In this document: positions 27,322 to 37,022 of the stretch, in pieces | Layout: each line of letters starts with the position of its first letter | How positions within the stretch are numbered: position 1 is the stretch's first letter | NCBI GenBank assembly: GCA_037138355.1 | Contig: JBAXIL010000007.1 | Coordinates: 1 to 51,561, forward strand | Source: a bacterium | GTDB lineage: Bacteria; Oederibacteriota; PGYV01; Palsa-1178 | Reading direction: 5' to 3' | DNA length: 51,561 nucleotides | Notes under the pieces: model-generated | The model's input: only the letters and a program-made list of their open reading frames with translations | Told to the model about the DNA's origin: nothing | Databases searched by the model: none | Translations under genes and position numbers: made by a program

Positions 27322-28671
27322 TTAATTTAAGCTACTTATAATTTCCTCAAGTTTATTACCTCTGGACCCCTTAACAAAAATAACATCTCCTGATTTCACA
27401 TATGATTTCAGGTCTTTTGTTAAAGCACTCCTGTCCAAGTATGTATGAGCCCCTTTTCCGTAACCTTGTTCAACCTTGTCGGCATTTTCGCCGTATATAA
27501 AAAACTTTCTAATGCCAAGTTTGGAAAACATAACTCCTACTTCTCTATGTAATTTTGGTGCCAAAGGCCCTAATTCAAGCATTTCGCCCATCAGCACAAC
27601 TAATTTCTTATATCCTGTTTTTTTAAGTGTTTCTATAGAAGCCGCAAAAGAATCTGGATTCGCATTATAACAATCATTTATAATCGTAATTCCGTTTTTC
27701 AACTTCACTTCTTCAAACCTCATAAACCCCTTCATATTAAACTTCAAAAGGGCGTTTTTTATCTGTGCGTCACTTACGCCAAGCAACTTAGCAGCAGTAA
27801 TAGCTGCTGATGCATTATATATATTATGAAGACCTTTTAATTTCATTTTTATATTTCCATTCACAGTGTTCAATTTAAACTCACAACCTCTTTCTTTTAT
27901 TTCATAACTCTCAATTTTAGTATTTGCTTTACTACCCGTTCCAAATGTTAATACTTTTAATTTTCTTACCGCGGCTTTTTTTATTAAAAACTCATTAAAC
28001 TTATCTTCTTGGTTAAGTATTACTGTGCAACTTTTTTTAACAGCTTCCATAATTTCAGCTTTTGCTTGGGCTATTCCCATTTCTTTATCTTCAAAGTTCC
28101 CTATGTGCGCTCTTCCTATATTAGTTATTATTGCCACATCCACACTAACGGCTGTTGCGAGTTTTTTTATCTCTCCTAAATGGTTCATTCCTATTTCAAG
28201 TACCAGTACTTCATGCTTGTTGTTTAAACCAAATATAGTAAGCGGCAAGCCAAGGTAGTTATTAAAACTTTTCTCACTTTTATGAACTATATACTTTTTG
28301 TTCAAAAGGCATGATAGTAGTTCTTTTGTTGTCGTCTTACCATTACTACCTGTCACAGCCACCACTTTTATTTTATTAAACTTTTCAAAATAATATGATG
28401 CCAACTTCAGAAGAGCGTCTTTTGTATCTTTAACCTTTATTAACATGTCACTCTTTACTCCAGGTATTTCTTTTTGTACCACAGCACCTATGGCACCAGC
28501 CTTTATTGCGTCTGAAACAAATTCATGGCCATCATTGTCTGCTATCAAAGCAAAAAACAAATCTCCTTTTTTCACTTTTCTTGAATCTGCTGTTATTGTC
28601 ATAACTTTTTTATCCAAAATAACACCTTTATTACCAAATAGTTTATTGACTTCACTAAGCATAAGCTTCAT
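27322..28671 (-). CDS. murF: UDP-MurNAc-tripeptide--D-Ala-D-Ala ligase
   Basis: Motifs 'VTGSNGKTTTKE', 'NNYLGLPLT', 'EIGMNH', 'NDCYNANPDS' and 'VKGSRG'. Confidence 0.97.
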   Translation of the reverse strand: MKLMLSEVNKLFGNKGVILDKKVMTITADSRKVKKGDLFFALIADNDGHEFVSDAIKAGAIGAVVQKEIPGVKSDMLIKVKDTKDALLKLASYYFEKFNKIKVVAVTGSNGKTTTKELLSCLLNKKYIVHKSEKSFNNYLGLPLTIFGLNNKHEVLVLEIGMNHLGEIKKLATAVSVDVAIITNIGRAHIGNFEDKEMGIAQAKAEIMEAVKKSCTVILNQEDKFNEFLIKKAAVRKLKVLTFGTGSKANTKIESYEIKERGCEFKLNTVNGNIKMKLKGLHNIYNASAAITAAKLLGVSDAQIKNALLKFNMKGFMRFEEVKLKNGITIINDCYNANPDSFAASIETLKKTGYKKLVVLMGEMLELGPLAPKLHREVGVMFSKLGIRKFFIYGENADKVEQGYGKGAHTYLDRSALTKDLKSYVKSGDVIFVKGSRGNKLEEIISSLN

Positions 28672-30143
28672 CTTAAATCCTTTATGGCTTTTAATGCCAC
28701 TGCCTTATCATCAAATGCTATTTTTTTAGTCCCTATAACTTGATATTGTTCGTGCCCTTTACCAGCCAATAATATTATGTCGTCTTTTTTTGCTATTTTA
28801 ACTGCATATCTAATCGCAGTAGTCCGATTTTCCTTCACCACTATGTTGCTTTTGTCCTTCATGCCTGTCATTATTTCTTTTATGATATCATCTGGATTTT
28901 CAGTTCTTGGATTATCAGAAGTCAGTATAACCACATCAGATAAGGCAGCTGCTATCTTGCCCATAAGTGGTCTTTTCCCTTTATCTCTGTCTCCGCCTGC
29001 TCCAAAAAGTATTATTATCCTGGTTTTCTTTATTTTATTTAAGGTCTGTAAAATTTTTTCAATTGAATCAGGTGTATGTGCAAAATCCACAAGAACTGTA
29101 AACTTACCCGAATATGCTTTTTCCAATCTGCCTTTTACGGTCTTGAATTTGTTTATCACCTTTATAGCAGTTTTAAAATCCACTTCGCCACTCACTAAAC
29201 CCAAAGCAGCCATAATATTATATATATTATGTTCTCCCACTAAGCTGCTATGAAAGATTACTTTCTTTCCATAAGCTTCAAGTTCAAAATCCATGCCCTT
29301 TATATCTATGTCATAAAACTTTAATTTCATATCTGTTTTATTTTTCCACGAATAAGTCACTATTTTTGCTTTTTTAGCTTTTCCTGCTTTGATAAACTCA
29401 GCTGCACCTTTTGAATCTGTATTTACAACCAATCTTCCATTTTGTTTTAGATTTACTTTCACAATTTTTAACTTAGCATTCAAATAATTTTTAAAGTTTT
29501 TGTGATAATCAAAGTGATCTCTGGTGATATTGGTCATAACTGTTGCGTCAAAATCTATATGGCTAAGTCTTTCCTGATCCAAAGCATGGGAAGATGCCTC
29601 TATAATAATATGCTTTATACCTTTTTGCACAGCTTCTGCAATCAATCTATGTATTTTTATATTTGAAGGTGTTGTATTGTCTGCTTTGTATACTTTATTT
29701 CCTATTTTAAATCCTATGGTTCCGATTACTGCACAATCCCTACCTGTCTTTTCTTTTAAAAGTGCTTCTACTATATATGAAACCGTGGTCTTGCCTTTAG
29801 TCCCAGTAATCCCATAAATCCTTACTTTAGCTTTCGCCTGTGCATAAAACTTATGTGTGATTTCCTGCATTACTTTTTTTGAATCTTCAACCTGTATGAT
29901 AGTAACTTCTTTATTTGCTTTCACAGGTTGTTCGACTATGATTACTGCGGCTCCATTTTTTATAGCCTGCCCTACATATTTATGCCCATCATTGCTTAAC
30001 CCTTTTACACAAATAAACACTTCCCCTTTTTTTAAAAGTGCTGCAGATTCTGCTACACCCTTAATTTGTACATTCATATTTCCTGATAACACCTTATAAT
30101 TTTTAAGCCCTGACAATAAAGCTCCTAATTTGATATTTCTCAC
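28668..30143 (-). CDS. murE: UDP-MurNAc-L-Ala-D-Glu--meso-diaminopimelate ligase
   Basis: 'ITGTKGKTT', 'EASSHAL', 'DFAHTPD', 'SDNPR' (meso-DAP specificity motif) and 'AGKGHE'. Start placed at GTG 30143, overlapping the ftsI stop (ORF track start 30179). Confidence 0.95.
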   Translation of the reverse strand: MRNIKLGALLSGLKNYKVLSGNMNVQIKGVAESAALLKKGEVFICVKGLSNDGHKYVGQAIKNGAAVIIVEQPVKANKEVTIIQVEDSKKVMQEITHKFYAQAKAKVRIYGITGTKGKTTVSYIVEALLKEKTGRDCAVIGTIGFKIGNKVYKADNTTPSNIKIHRLIAEAVQKGIKHIIIEASSHALDQERLSHIDFDATVMTNITRDHFDYHKNFKNYLNAKLKIVKVNLKQNGRLVVNTDSKGAAEFIKAGKAKKAKIVTYSWKNKTDMKLKFYDIDIKGMDFELEAYGKKVIFHSSLVGEHNIYNIMAALGLVSGEVDFKTAIKVINKFKTVKGRLEKAYSGKFTVLVDFAHTPDSIEKILQTLNKIKKTRIIILFGAGGDRDKGKRPLMGKIAAALSDVVILTSDNPRTENPDDIIKEIMTGMKDKSNIVVKENRTTAIRYAVKIAKKDDIILLAGKGHEQYQVIGTKKIAFDDKAVALKAIKDLR

Positions 30144-32257
30144 ATTGAGCCAGCTTTTATTGCAAAGTTTATTTTGCATTCAGTTCCAGTTGTCAAGAGT
30201 ACTCCTGGTTTTGGCTCTTGAGCTACTGCCAAACCGCTTCCAGTACAAGTTGCTTTCAAACCATAAATAGTAAGCACTTCAATGGCCTTGCGTATGGAAT
30301 AGCCTTTGACATCTGGCATATATATTTTGATTGCCTTATTATTATCTACATCCCCAAGATATACCGAGACCACATCACTTGGCTGTACTGTTTTTTTCGG
30401 TTCAGGTTTTTGTTTTATTACTACCTTGCCAAATCCTATGCGTTCATATTTTATGTCATTGTCAGCTAAATATTTTTTTGCCTCAACGAACTGCTTCATA
30501 TAAAAATCTGGCAATTTTGAAATTATTTGTTTTTCTGTTTTATCGGCTTCCTGTATTTTTTCCTGTGTGCTATCTGACAGTATATGCATAGAAGAAATCA
30601 TAGTGTTAGAAAGATTTTTAAAAGCAGGAGCTGCTACATCTCCACCAAAAGCCCATATTTCTTTAGGTTCATCCACTATGACTAAAGTCACTACCTCTGG
30701 TTTGTTAGCAGGAAAAAACCCTATGAAGGAACATACATATTTTCCAGGCAGATAACCTTTCCCTTTTGGATTATGTTTCTGTGCTGTACCAGTTTTTCCT
30801 GCTACATCATATCCCATAATAGCTGCTTTTGTTCCTGTACCACCTTTTTCAGTAACCATTTTCAACATAGTTAATAACTTTTGTCTGGTTTCAATATTGA
30901 CTATTTTATCGCCGCTTATTGTTTTATTTTCATATATCGTATTCCCGTTCTTTTTTATCTTTTCAACAACATAAGGACTCACCAAATGTCCGCCATTAGC
31001 TAAAGCTGCATAGGCACGCAATAACTGCATCGCAGTTACAGCCACTTCCTGCCCGTATGGAATGGAACTCAAAGTAGAGTTGTTCCATTTTTCATAAGGT
31101 TTAAGTATCCCCCCCACTTCTCCAGGTAAGTCTGCGCCAGTAGGTTTTCCGAAACCATAACTTTGATACTCATCATATAATTTTTCTGGTTTTACTTTCA
31201 AGGCAAGCTCTACTATTCCAATATTCGAAGAATATTTAATTACTTCAGGAACTGTGAGCCAACCATGTTTTTCATGATCATGAACAGTCCTATCAAAAAA
31301 TACCATTTTCCCGTCCCCACAATGGACTTTCTCTGTATACACCGACGGCCTGTCTTTTAAAATCGCCGACATAGTAAATATTTTAAATGTAGAACCTGGC
31401 TCAAATACATCCGTGACTACCCTGTTCTTTCTAATTTCTGGTGCATATTTATCAAAATTATTTGGATCAAAATATGGATAATTTGCCATAGCATATATTG
31501 CACCCGTATTTGGATTCATGGAAACAATCATTCCTGTCTTAGCCTTATATTTTTCCACTGCAGTTTTCAATTCTTGCTGTGCATAATATTGTATATTTGA
31601 ATCTATGGTTAAATACAAATCAGCCCCTACTTCACCTTTTTTTACGCTTACCACATCAGTAATTATAGGCTGTCCTTTTGCATCTTTTCTTATTACCATA
31701 GAACCTCTTTTTCCACACAAATATTTTTCAAAAGATTCTTCTATGCCTTCAAGCCCTGTATTGTCAAGTCCTGTAAAGCCGACTAAGTTTGCACCTGTTT
31801 CATGTAGTGGATAATATCTTTTCTCTTCTGGCTCCATATAGATTCCAGTAAAATTTCGTGCAATTATTGCTGCAGCTTTTTCGGAATCAACTTTTCTCGC
31901 AAGATACACAAACTTTTTTTTCAATGAGAGCTTGCTGATTATTGTATGTTTAGAAAGACCAAGTTGTTTGGACAAATAGTCCGCAATTTCTGTCATATTT
32001 TTAATTTTTTTCGGGTTGGCACTTACCGCAAAGGTCTTTACAGATACAGCAATTTTTTTATTATCAGAAGTATATATTGTGCCTCTGCCAATCTGTTGTT
32101 TTATGGTTTCTAATTGTTGCCTTTCTGCGTGTCTTTTATAAAATGAATATTGTATGACTTGCATGAATATCAGTCTCAAAACAAAAATGACAAGGACTGC
32201 GATAATAATAAAGTAAACTGCTTCTATGCGCTTGTTTATGTCCTTCCCATCATTCAT
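30140..32257 (-). CDS. ftsI: Class B penicillin-binding protein FtsI with two C-terminal PASTA-like domains
   Basis: SxxK ('EPGSTFK'), SxN ('SSN'), 'KTGTAQK', N-terminal TM segment, PASTA-like 'LPDF...' and 'MPDVKG...'. Confidence 0.93.
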   Translation of the reverse strand: MNDGKDINKRIEAVYFIIIAVLVIFVLRLIFMQVIQYSFYKRHAERQQLETIKQQIGRGTIYTSDNKKIAVSVKTFAVSANPKKIKNMTEIADYLSKQLGLSKHTIISKLSLKKKFVYLARKVDSEKAAAIIARNFTGIYMEPEEKRYYPLHETGANLVGFTGLDNTGLEGIEESFEKYLCGKRGSMVIRKDAKGQPIITDVVSVKKGEVGADLYLTIDSNIQYYAQQELKTAVEKYKAKTGMIVSMNPNTGAIYAMANYPYFDPNNFDKYAPEIRKNRVVTDVFEPGSTFKIFTMSAILKDRPSVYTEKVHCGDGKMVFFDRTVHDHEKHGWLTVPEVIKYSSNIGIVELALKVKPEKLYDEYQSYGFGKPTGADLPGEVGGILKPYEKWNNSTLSSIPYGQEVAVTAMQLLRAYAALANGGHLVSPYVVEKIKKNGNTIYENKTISGDKIVNIETRQKLLTMLKMVTEKGGTGTKAAIMGYDVAGKTGTAQKHNPKGKGYLPGKYVCSFIGFFPANKPEVVTLVIVDEPKEIWAFGGDVAAPAFKNLSNTMISSMHILSDSTQEKIQEADKTEKQIISKLPDFYMKQFVEAKKYLADNDIKYERIGFGKVVIKQKPEPKKTVQPSDVVSVYLGDVDNNKAIKIYMPDVKGYSIRKAIEVLTIYGLKATCTGSGLAVAQEPKPGVLLTTGTECKINFAIKAGSM

Positions 32258-32327
32258 TTCTAAAGGCCTCCATTTTGCTCTATCATTTTTTTATATTAAA
32301 GTTGCCTTGCTACTTCTACTCAAGCTC

Positions 32328-32687
32328 TTAGAACTTCGCCCCAAGAAAGCTGTGTTCACGCTGTACCACTACTACCTGACCACTTGAAGGTTGTTTGAAA
32401 CCATATCTTTTTATCGCAGCTTCAGTGAGCTTCTCGCCCGATATCATAGAAATCATATTTATTTCCAGCTTCTTTGACCTGATTTTTTCCATATCTCTTG
32501 TTTGTTCTAATTCCCTTATTTCTGAATTAAGTTTCACACTGGTCTGATTGGAAAACCAAAGACTTATTAAAAGTGTCACAAATATTATTGCCATTTTAGG
32601 AACAATACCATCAAACTTGTGATATCCTGCGGCACTATTCACTGGATTCATAATTCTTAGAAACATTAACCTTCTGCTATTAGCCAA
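32328..32687 (-). CDS. ftsL: Probable FtsL
   Basis: Between rsmH and ftsI. One TM segment followed by a coiled coil. The call is mainly positional. Confidence 0.7.
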   Translation of the reverse strand: MANSRRLMFLRIMNPVNSAAGYHKFDGIVPKMAIIFVTLLISLWFSNQTSVKLNSEIRELEQTRDMEKIRSKKLEINMISMISGEKLTEAAIKRYGFKQPSSGQVVVVQREHSFLGAKF

Positions 32688-32699
32688 ATTTACTTCTCC

Positions 32700-33629
32700 T
32701 TAGATTTTTTCAACCGCCCTCAACTTAGCGCTTCTGGCCCTCGGGTTCAAAACTGTTTCTTCTTCTTGCGGCATTATCGCTTTCTTTGTAAGTAGCTTTA
32801 TAGAATGCTTGTGCTTGCATGTGCACATTTCTCTTTTGTTCTCGCAAATACAGTCCATACTTTCAGCTGCCAAAAACCTCTTTACTATCCTATCTTCTAA
32901 AGAATGAAAAGCTATCACTACCAGCCGACCGCCTGGTTTCAATAACTGAAGAGCCTTCTCCAGCGAGATTTTTAAGGCGCCCAGTTCGTCATTTACTTCA
33001 ACCCTAATCGCCTGAAAAACCTTTGTTGCTGGGTTTATCTTCTCATTCATACCACGCTTCGCATTTGCTATTATTTCTGCTAACTGTGTCGTAGTCTTTA
33101 TCGGTCTATTTTTTATTATATAGTCCGCAATCTTCTTGTATTTATATTCTTCTCCGTATTCTCTTATCACTCTCTCCAAATCAGCTGCCCTGTAAGTGTT
33201 TACTACATCTGCTGCTGTCAAAGGACTTTCAGTATCTAAACGCATATCAAGTGGAGCTTCTTTTGAAAAACTAAACCCTCGCTGTGCATCATCAAAATGA
33301 GCACTTGATACGCCTAAGTCATATATTATTCCGTCAATTTCAGAGATTCCTAAGGTCTCAAGGATACTATCAATATCCCTGAAATTTCCCTTAACCGAAA
33401 TAAACTGCTCGTGGTTTGGGAGGGTCTTGATAAACGCCTTTGCTTGATCTAAGTTTCTTTGGTCACAATCAATTCCTATAAGTTTTCCGAGCGGTCCAAG
33501 TCCTTTAAGAATTTCTGCTGTGTGTCCGCCTAAACCCAGAGTAGCGTCCACATATATACCGTTTTTAGTATCTGCATTTAAAAGTGCAAGTGTTTCTTTT
33601 AAAAGCACACTTTTATGTTCAAAGCTCAT
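32700..33629 (-). CDS. rsmH: 16S rRNA m4C1402 methyltransferase
   Basis: Motifs 'DATLGLGGH', 'DLGVSS', 'RGFSF', 'PLDMR', 'FHSLEDRIVK' and 'NPRARSAKLR'. Confidence 0.98.
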   Translation of the reverse strand: MSFEHKSVLLKETLALLNADTKNGIYVDATLGLGGHTAEILKGLGPLGKLIGIDCDQRNLDQAKAFIKTLPNHEQFISVKGNFRDIDSILETLGISEIDGIIYDLGVSSAHFDDAQRGFSFSKEAPLDMRLDTESPLTAADVVNTYRAADLERVIREYGEEYKYKKIADYIIKNRPIKTTTQLAEIIANAKRGMNEKINPATKVFQAIRVEVNDELGALKISLEKALQLLKPGGRLVVIAFHSLEDRIVKRFLAAESMDCICENKREMCTCKHKHSIKLLTKKAIMPQEEETVLNPRARSAKLRAVEKI

Positions 33630-33967
33630 ATCAAGTGTTCAAATGACCTTACGGCTTCTTCTTCAGTTACAAAAAAATCAAACTCACCCCAGTAACCAGC
33701 ATATAAGAACAGGTTCTTCACATAATCAGAAGCACCTATTATTTTTATATCTCCACCCATAGTGCGTGCGCGTTCCTTGCGTTCGTTTATATATTCAATA
33801 CCCGAAACATTAACATGATTTACTCCGGTGAAATCAAAGATAAAATAAAAATTGGATTTTTCAATAAAAGTGCTTACAATACCTTTAAGAGCCAGCATGT
33901 CTTCTATATCAATATTACCTTTCAATATTAAAACTACAACTTTTTTGCTCTCCGCAGTTAGTCCCAT
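33626..33967 (-). CDS. STAS-domain (anti-sigma-factor antagonist-like) protein
   Basis: 'LKGNIDI', 'IFDFTGVNHVNVSGI', 'GGDIKI', 'VKNLFLYAG' and 'TEEEAV' follow the SpoIIAA/RsbV pattern. Confidence 0.85.
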   Translation of the reverse strand: MGLTAESKKVVVLILKGNIDIEDMLALKGIVSTFIEKSNFYFIFDFTGVNHVNVSGIEYINERKERARTMGGDIKIIGASDYVKNLFLYAGYWGEFDFFVTEEEAVRSFEHLI

Positions 33968-33970
33968 GCC

Positions 33971-34399
33971 TTACCTCCCTTTGTATTTTTCAGCAAGCTT
34001 CTCTGGATTCCATATACGAAACCTATCAATTGCACCAACAAAAACTGCATTTTTGCCAAGACCTGCATGTTTTTTAAGTTCAGCATTAATCATTATCCTG
34101 CCGCTCTTATCTATAGTAACCTGATCCGCATTCATAGCTATCTCTTCTAATTCTTCATCCTCTTGATTTCTTTTAAAGCTCATATTAATTTTTACTTTTT
34201 CAGCCATCATCTGCCAATCACTTACCATGAAACCTTCTATGCAATTGTCTGGTCCTTTTGTGAGCATAATTCTTTCGCCAAACTCTGGAGAGGCAGCCAC
34301 TTCCTCAATATATTTCTTTATCTTCGCAGGAAGCGAAACCCTGTTTTTCTCGTCAAGATTATGCTGATACCTACCTACAAAACCTGTTTTAATAACCAT
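33971..34399 (-). CDS. mraZ: Transcriptional regulator MraZ
   Basis: Two DxxxR motifs ('LDEKNRVSLP', 'IDKSGRIMI') and 'FRIWNP'. Heads the dcw cluster. Confidence 0.95.
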   Translation of the reverse strand: MVIKTGFVGRYQHNLDEKNRVSLPAKIKKYIEEVAASPEFGERIMLTKGPDNCIEGFMVSDWQMMAEKVKINMSFKRNQEDEELEEIAMNADQVTIDKSGRIMINAELKKHAGLGKNAVFVGAIDRFRIWNPEKLAEKYKGR

Positions 34400-34451
34400 T
34401 TGTCTCTCCTAATATTTTAATAAAAATATATATATAACCTATACTATCTAT

Positions 34452-34523
34452 CCCTACTCATCCCCTAATCTGCCACTTTATCCCACTTTTCTACATTTTA
34501 CGCCCCAGGTCTCCCACTGTCAA
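34452..34523 (-). promoter_or_regulatory. dcw promoter with phased MraZ-type boxes
   Basis: Minus strand TTGACA (34523-34518), 17 nt, TAAAAT (34500-34495). GTGGG/TGGGG/GTGGC/AGGGG/TAGGG units recur about every 10 bp, as known for MraZ autoregulatory sites. Confidence 0.85.
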
Positions 34524-34763
34524 TATATTTTTACTATTTTCCACATATAAATACAAATTATACGGCTTATTTATATGGGGTTTTGTAGAGTACGCGAAAC
34601 CTAACTAAGTAAAATAACGCTATTATGATTTTAAATTAAGTTTTTTTAGTTAATTTTAGTTTAAGACAAGAAAGTTATCTTTGTGCAGAGATTGGAGGCT
34701 ACGAGACTACCTAAAAAAAATTATCACTTTTATGTGTACAAAATTTCCATTAATATATTTTTT

Positions 34764-35093
34764 TTAAAATTTATTATTTTTTGTCGAACAAAAATATATT
34801 TTTCCTTTATACTCAACTGTCGCCTTGTCGCCTTTTGACCAGTAAATCATTTCGCTGTTCCCATATCTTGCCCCTGAACCTGAAAGCAAATGCTTAAGTA
34901 CTCTCGTTCCGCCAAAACCAGAAATGGTAAATTCATCACTTGTTTTATCAAAAGAAGCTATAAAAGAAATATTTAGATCACATTTATAAATAAAGATATT
35001 CTGCTGGGCGTCTAGTTTTCTTTGTCTCGAATCACAAGATGCTATAAACAAAATAACAATAAATATTCCAATGAGAATAGCTTTCTTTGACAT
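34764..35093 (-). CDS. MliC/PliC family lysozyme inhibitor lipoprotein
   Basis: Lipobox 'IASC', 'SGSGARY', 'YWSKGDKA' and two further Cys. Start at ATG 35093 behind AAGGAG (ORF track start 35126). Confidence 0.88.
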   Translation of the reverse strand: MSKKAILIGIFIVILFIASCDSRQRKLDAQQNIFIYKCDLNISFIASFDKTSDEFTISGFGGTRVLKHLLSGSGARYGNSEMIYWSKGDKATVEYKGKIYFCSTKNNKF

Positions 35094-35241
35094 TTCAATC
35101 TCCTTAATATAATATTTTAGAAACAAATTAATTATTTAATAATCACAAGCTGTAAAATCAAACAGAAATACAACAAGAAGAAGAAGAACAATAATTATTT
35201 TTAATATATCGCAAATAAAAGCTGCACGCTAATTTGCACAT

Positions 35242-35270
35242 AAAAAAAGCCCAGCATAAGCCGGGCTTTT
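35242..35270 (-). terminator. Intrinsic terminator
   Basis: AAAAGCCC...GGGCTTTT inverted repeat with a 7-T tail on the minus strand, just after the 35300 stop. Confidence 0.8.
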
Positions 35271-35299
35271 ATATTTTAATAAGATAAACTTTTTTAGCC

Positions 35300-36298
35300 T
35301 TAATTTAAAGTAATGTCATGTTCTTCTGAGCTATACTGGCTATGATCAAAATGCGAATATGTATTTTTGCTGTATATAAGTTTCTTACCTTCAATCCTAA
35401 AGTGCCTGTCTACATCACTATTATTTTCCGACTCTACCAAAGTTTTCCCTATTCCATTTAGACCCGCCACAAGGAGCTTTCCACCAATCGGTACCTGTCT
35501 TTGGTCAAATACTTCTACAAAATAAACCACGGCCTTTGATGGGTCCCACTTAAACGAAATAACAGCTTCATTTTTTCCAGTGTTGTCGTGAAGATATTTA
35601 AGTTCATTACCTTCATTATTTACCACCCTAAGACAAGTGCCACTGTTAAATGCTAATTTATCCAAAAAAGCAATATATTTGCCATCATAAGACCACTGTG
35701 GTGAAGATTTTTTAAGTTCCAGACCTTGCCTACCACTATTCACTAAAATAATAGCTTTCTCTGTTGTCAAATCTTCTTTATATATCATACCTTTAAAATA
35801 AAATACGATTTCATTACCTGCTGGAGATATTGATACAGGGTTTTCTACACTTTCGCTTCTTCCACCAAACCCTTTTCCATAATCAAATACCCTACTATAT
35901 TTTCTGTTTTCACAGCGCCATATACCGCTAGGAGTATTTATAATAGAAAATTGTTTTTTATACAAAGTAGTTGTAATGTCATAAGTTTCTCCCACAACAC
36001 ATTTAACTTTATATGCCGCGCTCATAATGTCTGCTGCAACTTTAGCTTCCGCTGCGGTTTCGTACATACCTGCCATAATCTGTGTCATATGAACACAAGC
36101 ATTTGAATCTTTAATACAAAAAGCCAATATTCCATCTTTTACTAATTTATCATAAAAGTCATAACACTTAACTCCACTTGCTCCACAGGTGTTAAATATT
36201 TTGACAGTATAAAACTGTTCAGAGTGGTATTGATCCAAAGCAAAAGCTGTTCCAAAGAACATTATTGATGCTACAAGAATCATCAAGAACTTTTTCAT
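35300..36298 (-). CDS. Exported protein with a SPOR-like N-terminal domain and TolB/PD40-like beta-propeller repeats
   Basis: Signal peptide. SPOR-like pattern 'FYTVKI...IMAGMYETAAEAK'. Repeats 'ISPAGNEIVF', 'PQWSYDGKYIAF' and 'FKWDPSKAVVYF'. Confidence 0.6.
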   Translation of the reverse strand: MKKFLMILVASIMFFGTAFALDQYHSEQFYTVKIFNTCGASGVKCYDFYDKLVKDGILAFCIKDSNACVHMTQIMAGMYETAAEAKVAADIMSAAYKVKCVVGETYDITTTLYKKQFSIINTPSGIWRCENRKYSRVFDYGKGFGGRSESVENPVSISPAGNEIVFYFKGMIYKEDLTTEKAIILVNSGRQGLELKKSSPQWSYDGKYIAFLDKLAFNSGTCLRVVNNEGNELKYLHDNTGKNEAVISFKWDPSKAVVYFVEVFDQRQVPIGGKLLVAGLNGIGKTLVESENNSDVDRHFRIEGKKLIYSKNTYSHFDHSQYSSEEHDITLN

Positions 36299-36540
36299 AC
36301 CTCACCTCCAACATTTTTATTGTTTCTATTAAAAGTATAGCAGTATAACCATGCTCTGTAAATCTCAAGCGTTTCAATGGCATTTATGTTTTCCCCCTTT
36401 TAATAAAGGGCAAAATACAAATAAAAAAGTATATTTCATAGGAGTATAAGAATAAACAGAAAATACCACAACCAAAATCAATAAAGCATAAAAGAGTAAT
36501 ATATAGGAAATATTTGGTATATATAAATAAGATCAATTTT

Positions 36541-36930
36541 TTACAATTTTTTCTTCTTTCTTTCTCTTGGTTTATATTTTTCAGTTTGTAATTCTTCTAA
36601 AAATTTTTTAAGAACTTCTTTGCGTTTATTTATATCCTCTTCATCCGCTTTTAAAAATTGCCACAATTCAATATCAGCACCTGACTCAATAATGACTTTA
36701 ACTCGCTCTAAAATTTTTGTATCAAGCTCCTTACATTCCCACTGAGCCTTTGCCAAAGCAAACCACAAGCTATTACATTCTTCACTGTCAGCTATTATAT
36801 CCTGATTGTCAGCTATTATTTTTTCTGATATCACCTTCACTTCAAGTCCTTCATTATACCTATCTATAAACTGACCAAATATATCAGTATAAGTATCACT
36901 CATAGATATCGCAGTTCCCCAGTGTGCCAC
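36541..36930 (-). CDS. Hypothetical alpha-helical protein with an 'MAHWGTAI..D' N-terminus
   Basis: GTG start with AAGGAG RBS. The N-terminus resembles the MGxWGxG...ND pattern of DUF4259-like proteins. Contains 'LWFALAKAQWECK'. Confidence 0.6.
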   Translation of the reverse strand: MAHWGTAISMSDTYTDIFGQFIDRYNEGLEVKVISEKIIADNQDIIADSEECNSLWFALAKAQWECKELDTKILERVKVIIESGADIELWQFLKADEEDINKRKEVLKKFLEELQTEKYKPRERKKKKL

Positions 36931-37022
36931 AAAAAACTCCTTTAATGTATTATTTTACCTTTCAACTAACAAAAAAAATAAATAGTTCTTATTATTTTTT
37001 TGATTGCTTGTGTAATTTGACT

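Noticed and set aside
36380..36540. Read-through or frameshifted continuation of the 129-aa protein
   Set aside because: In-frame read-through stops after 20 codons. Other frames give only short, low-complexity hydrophobic peptides without an RBS.
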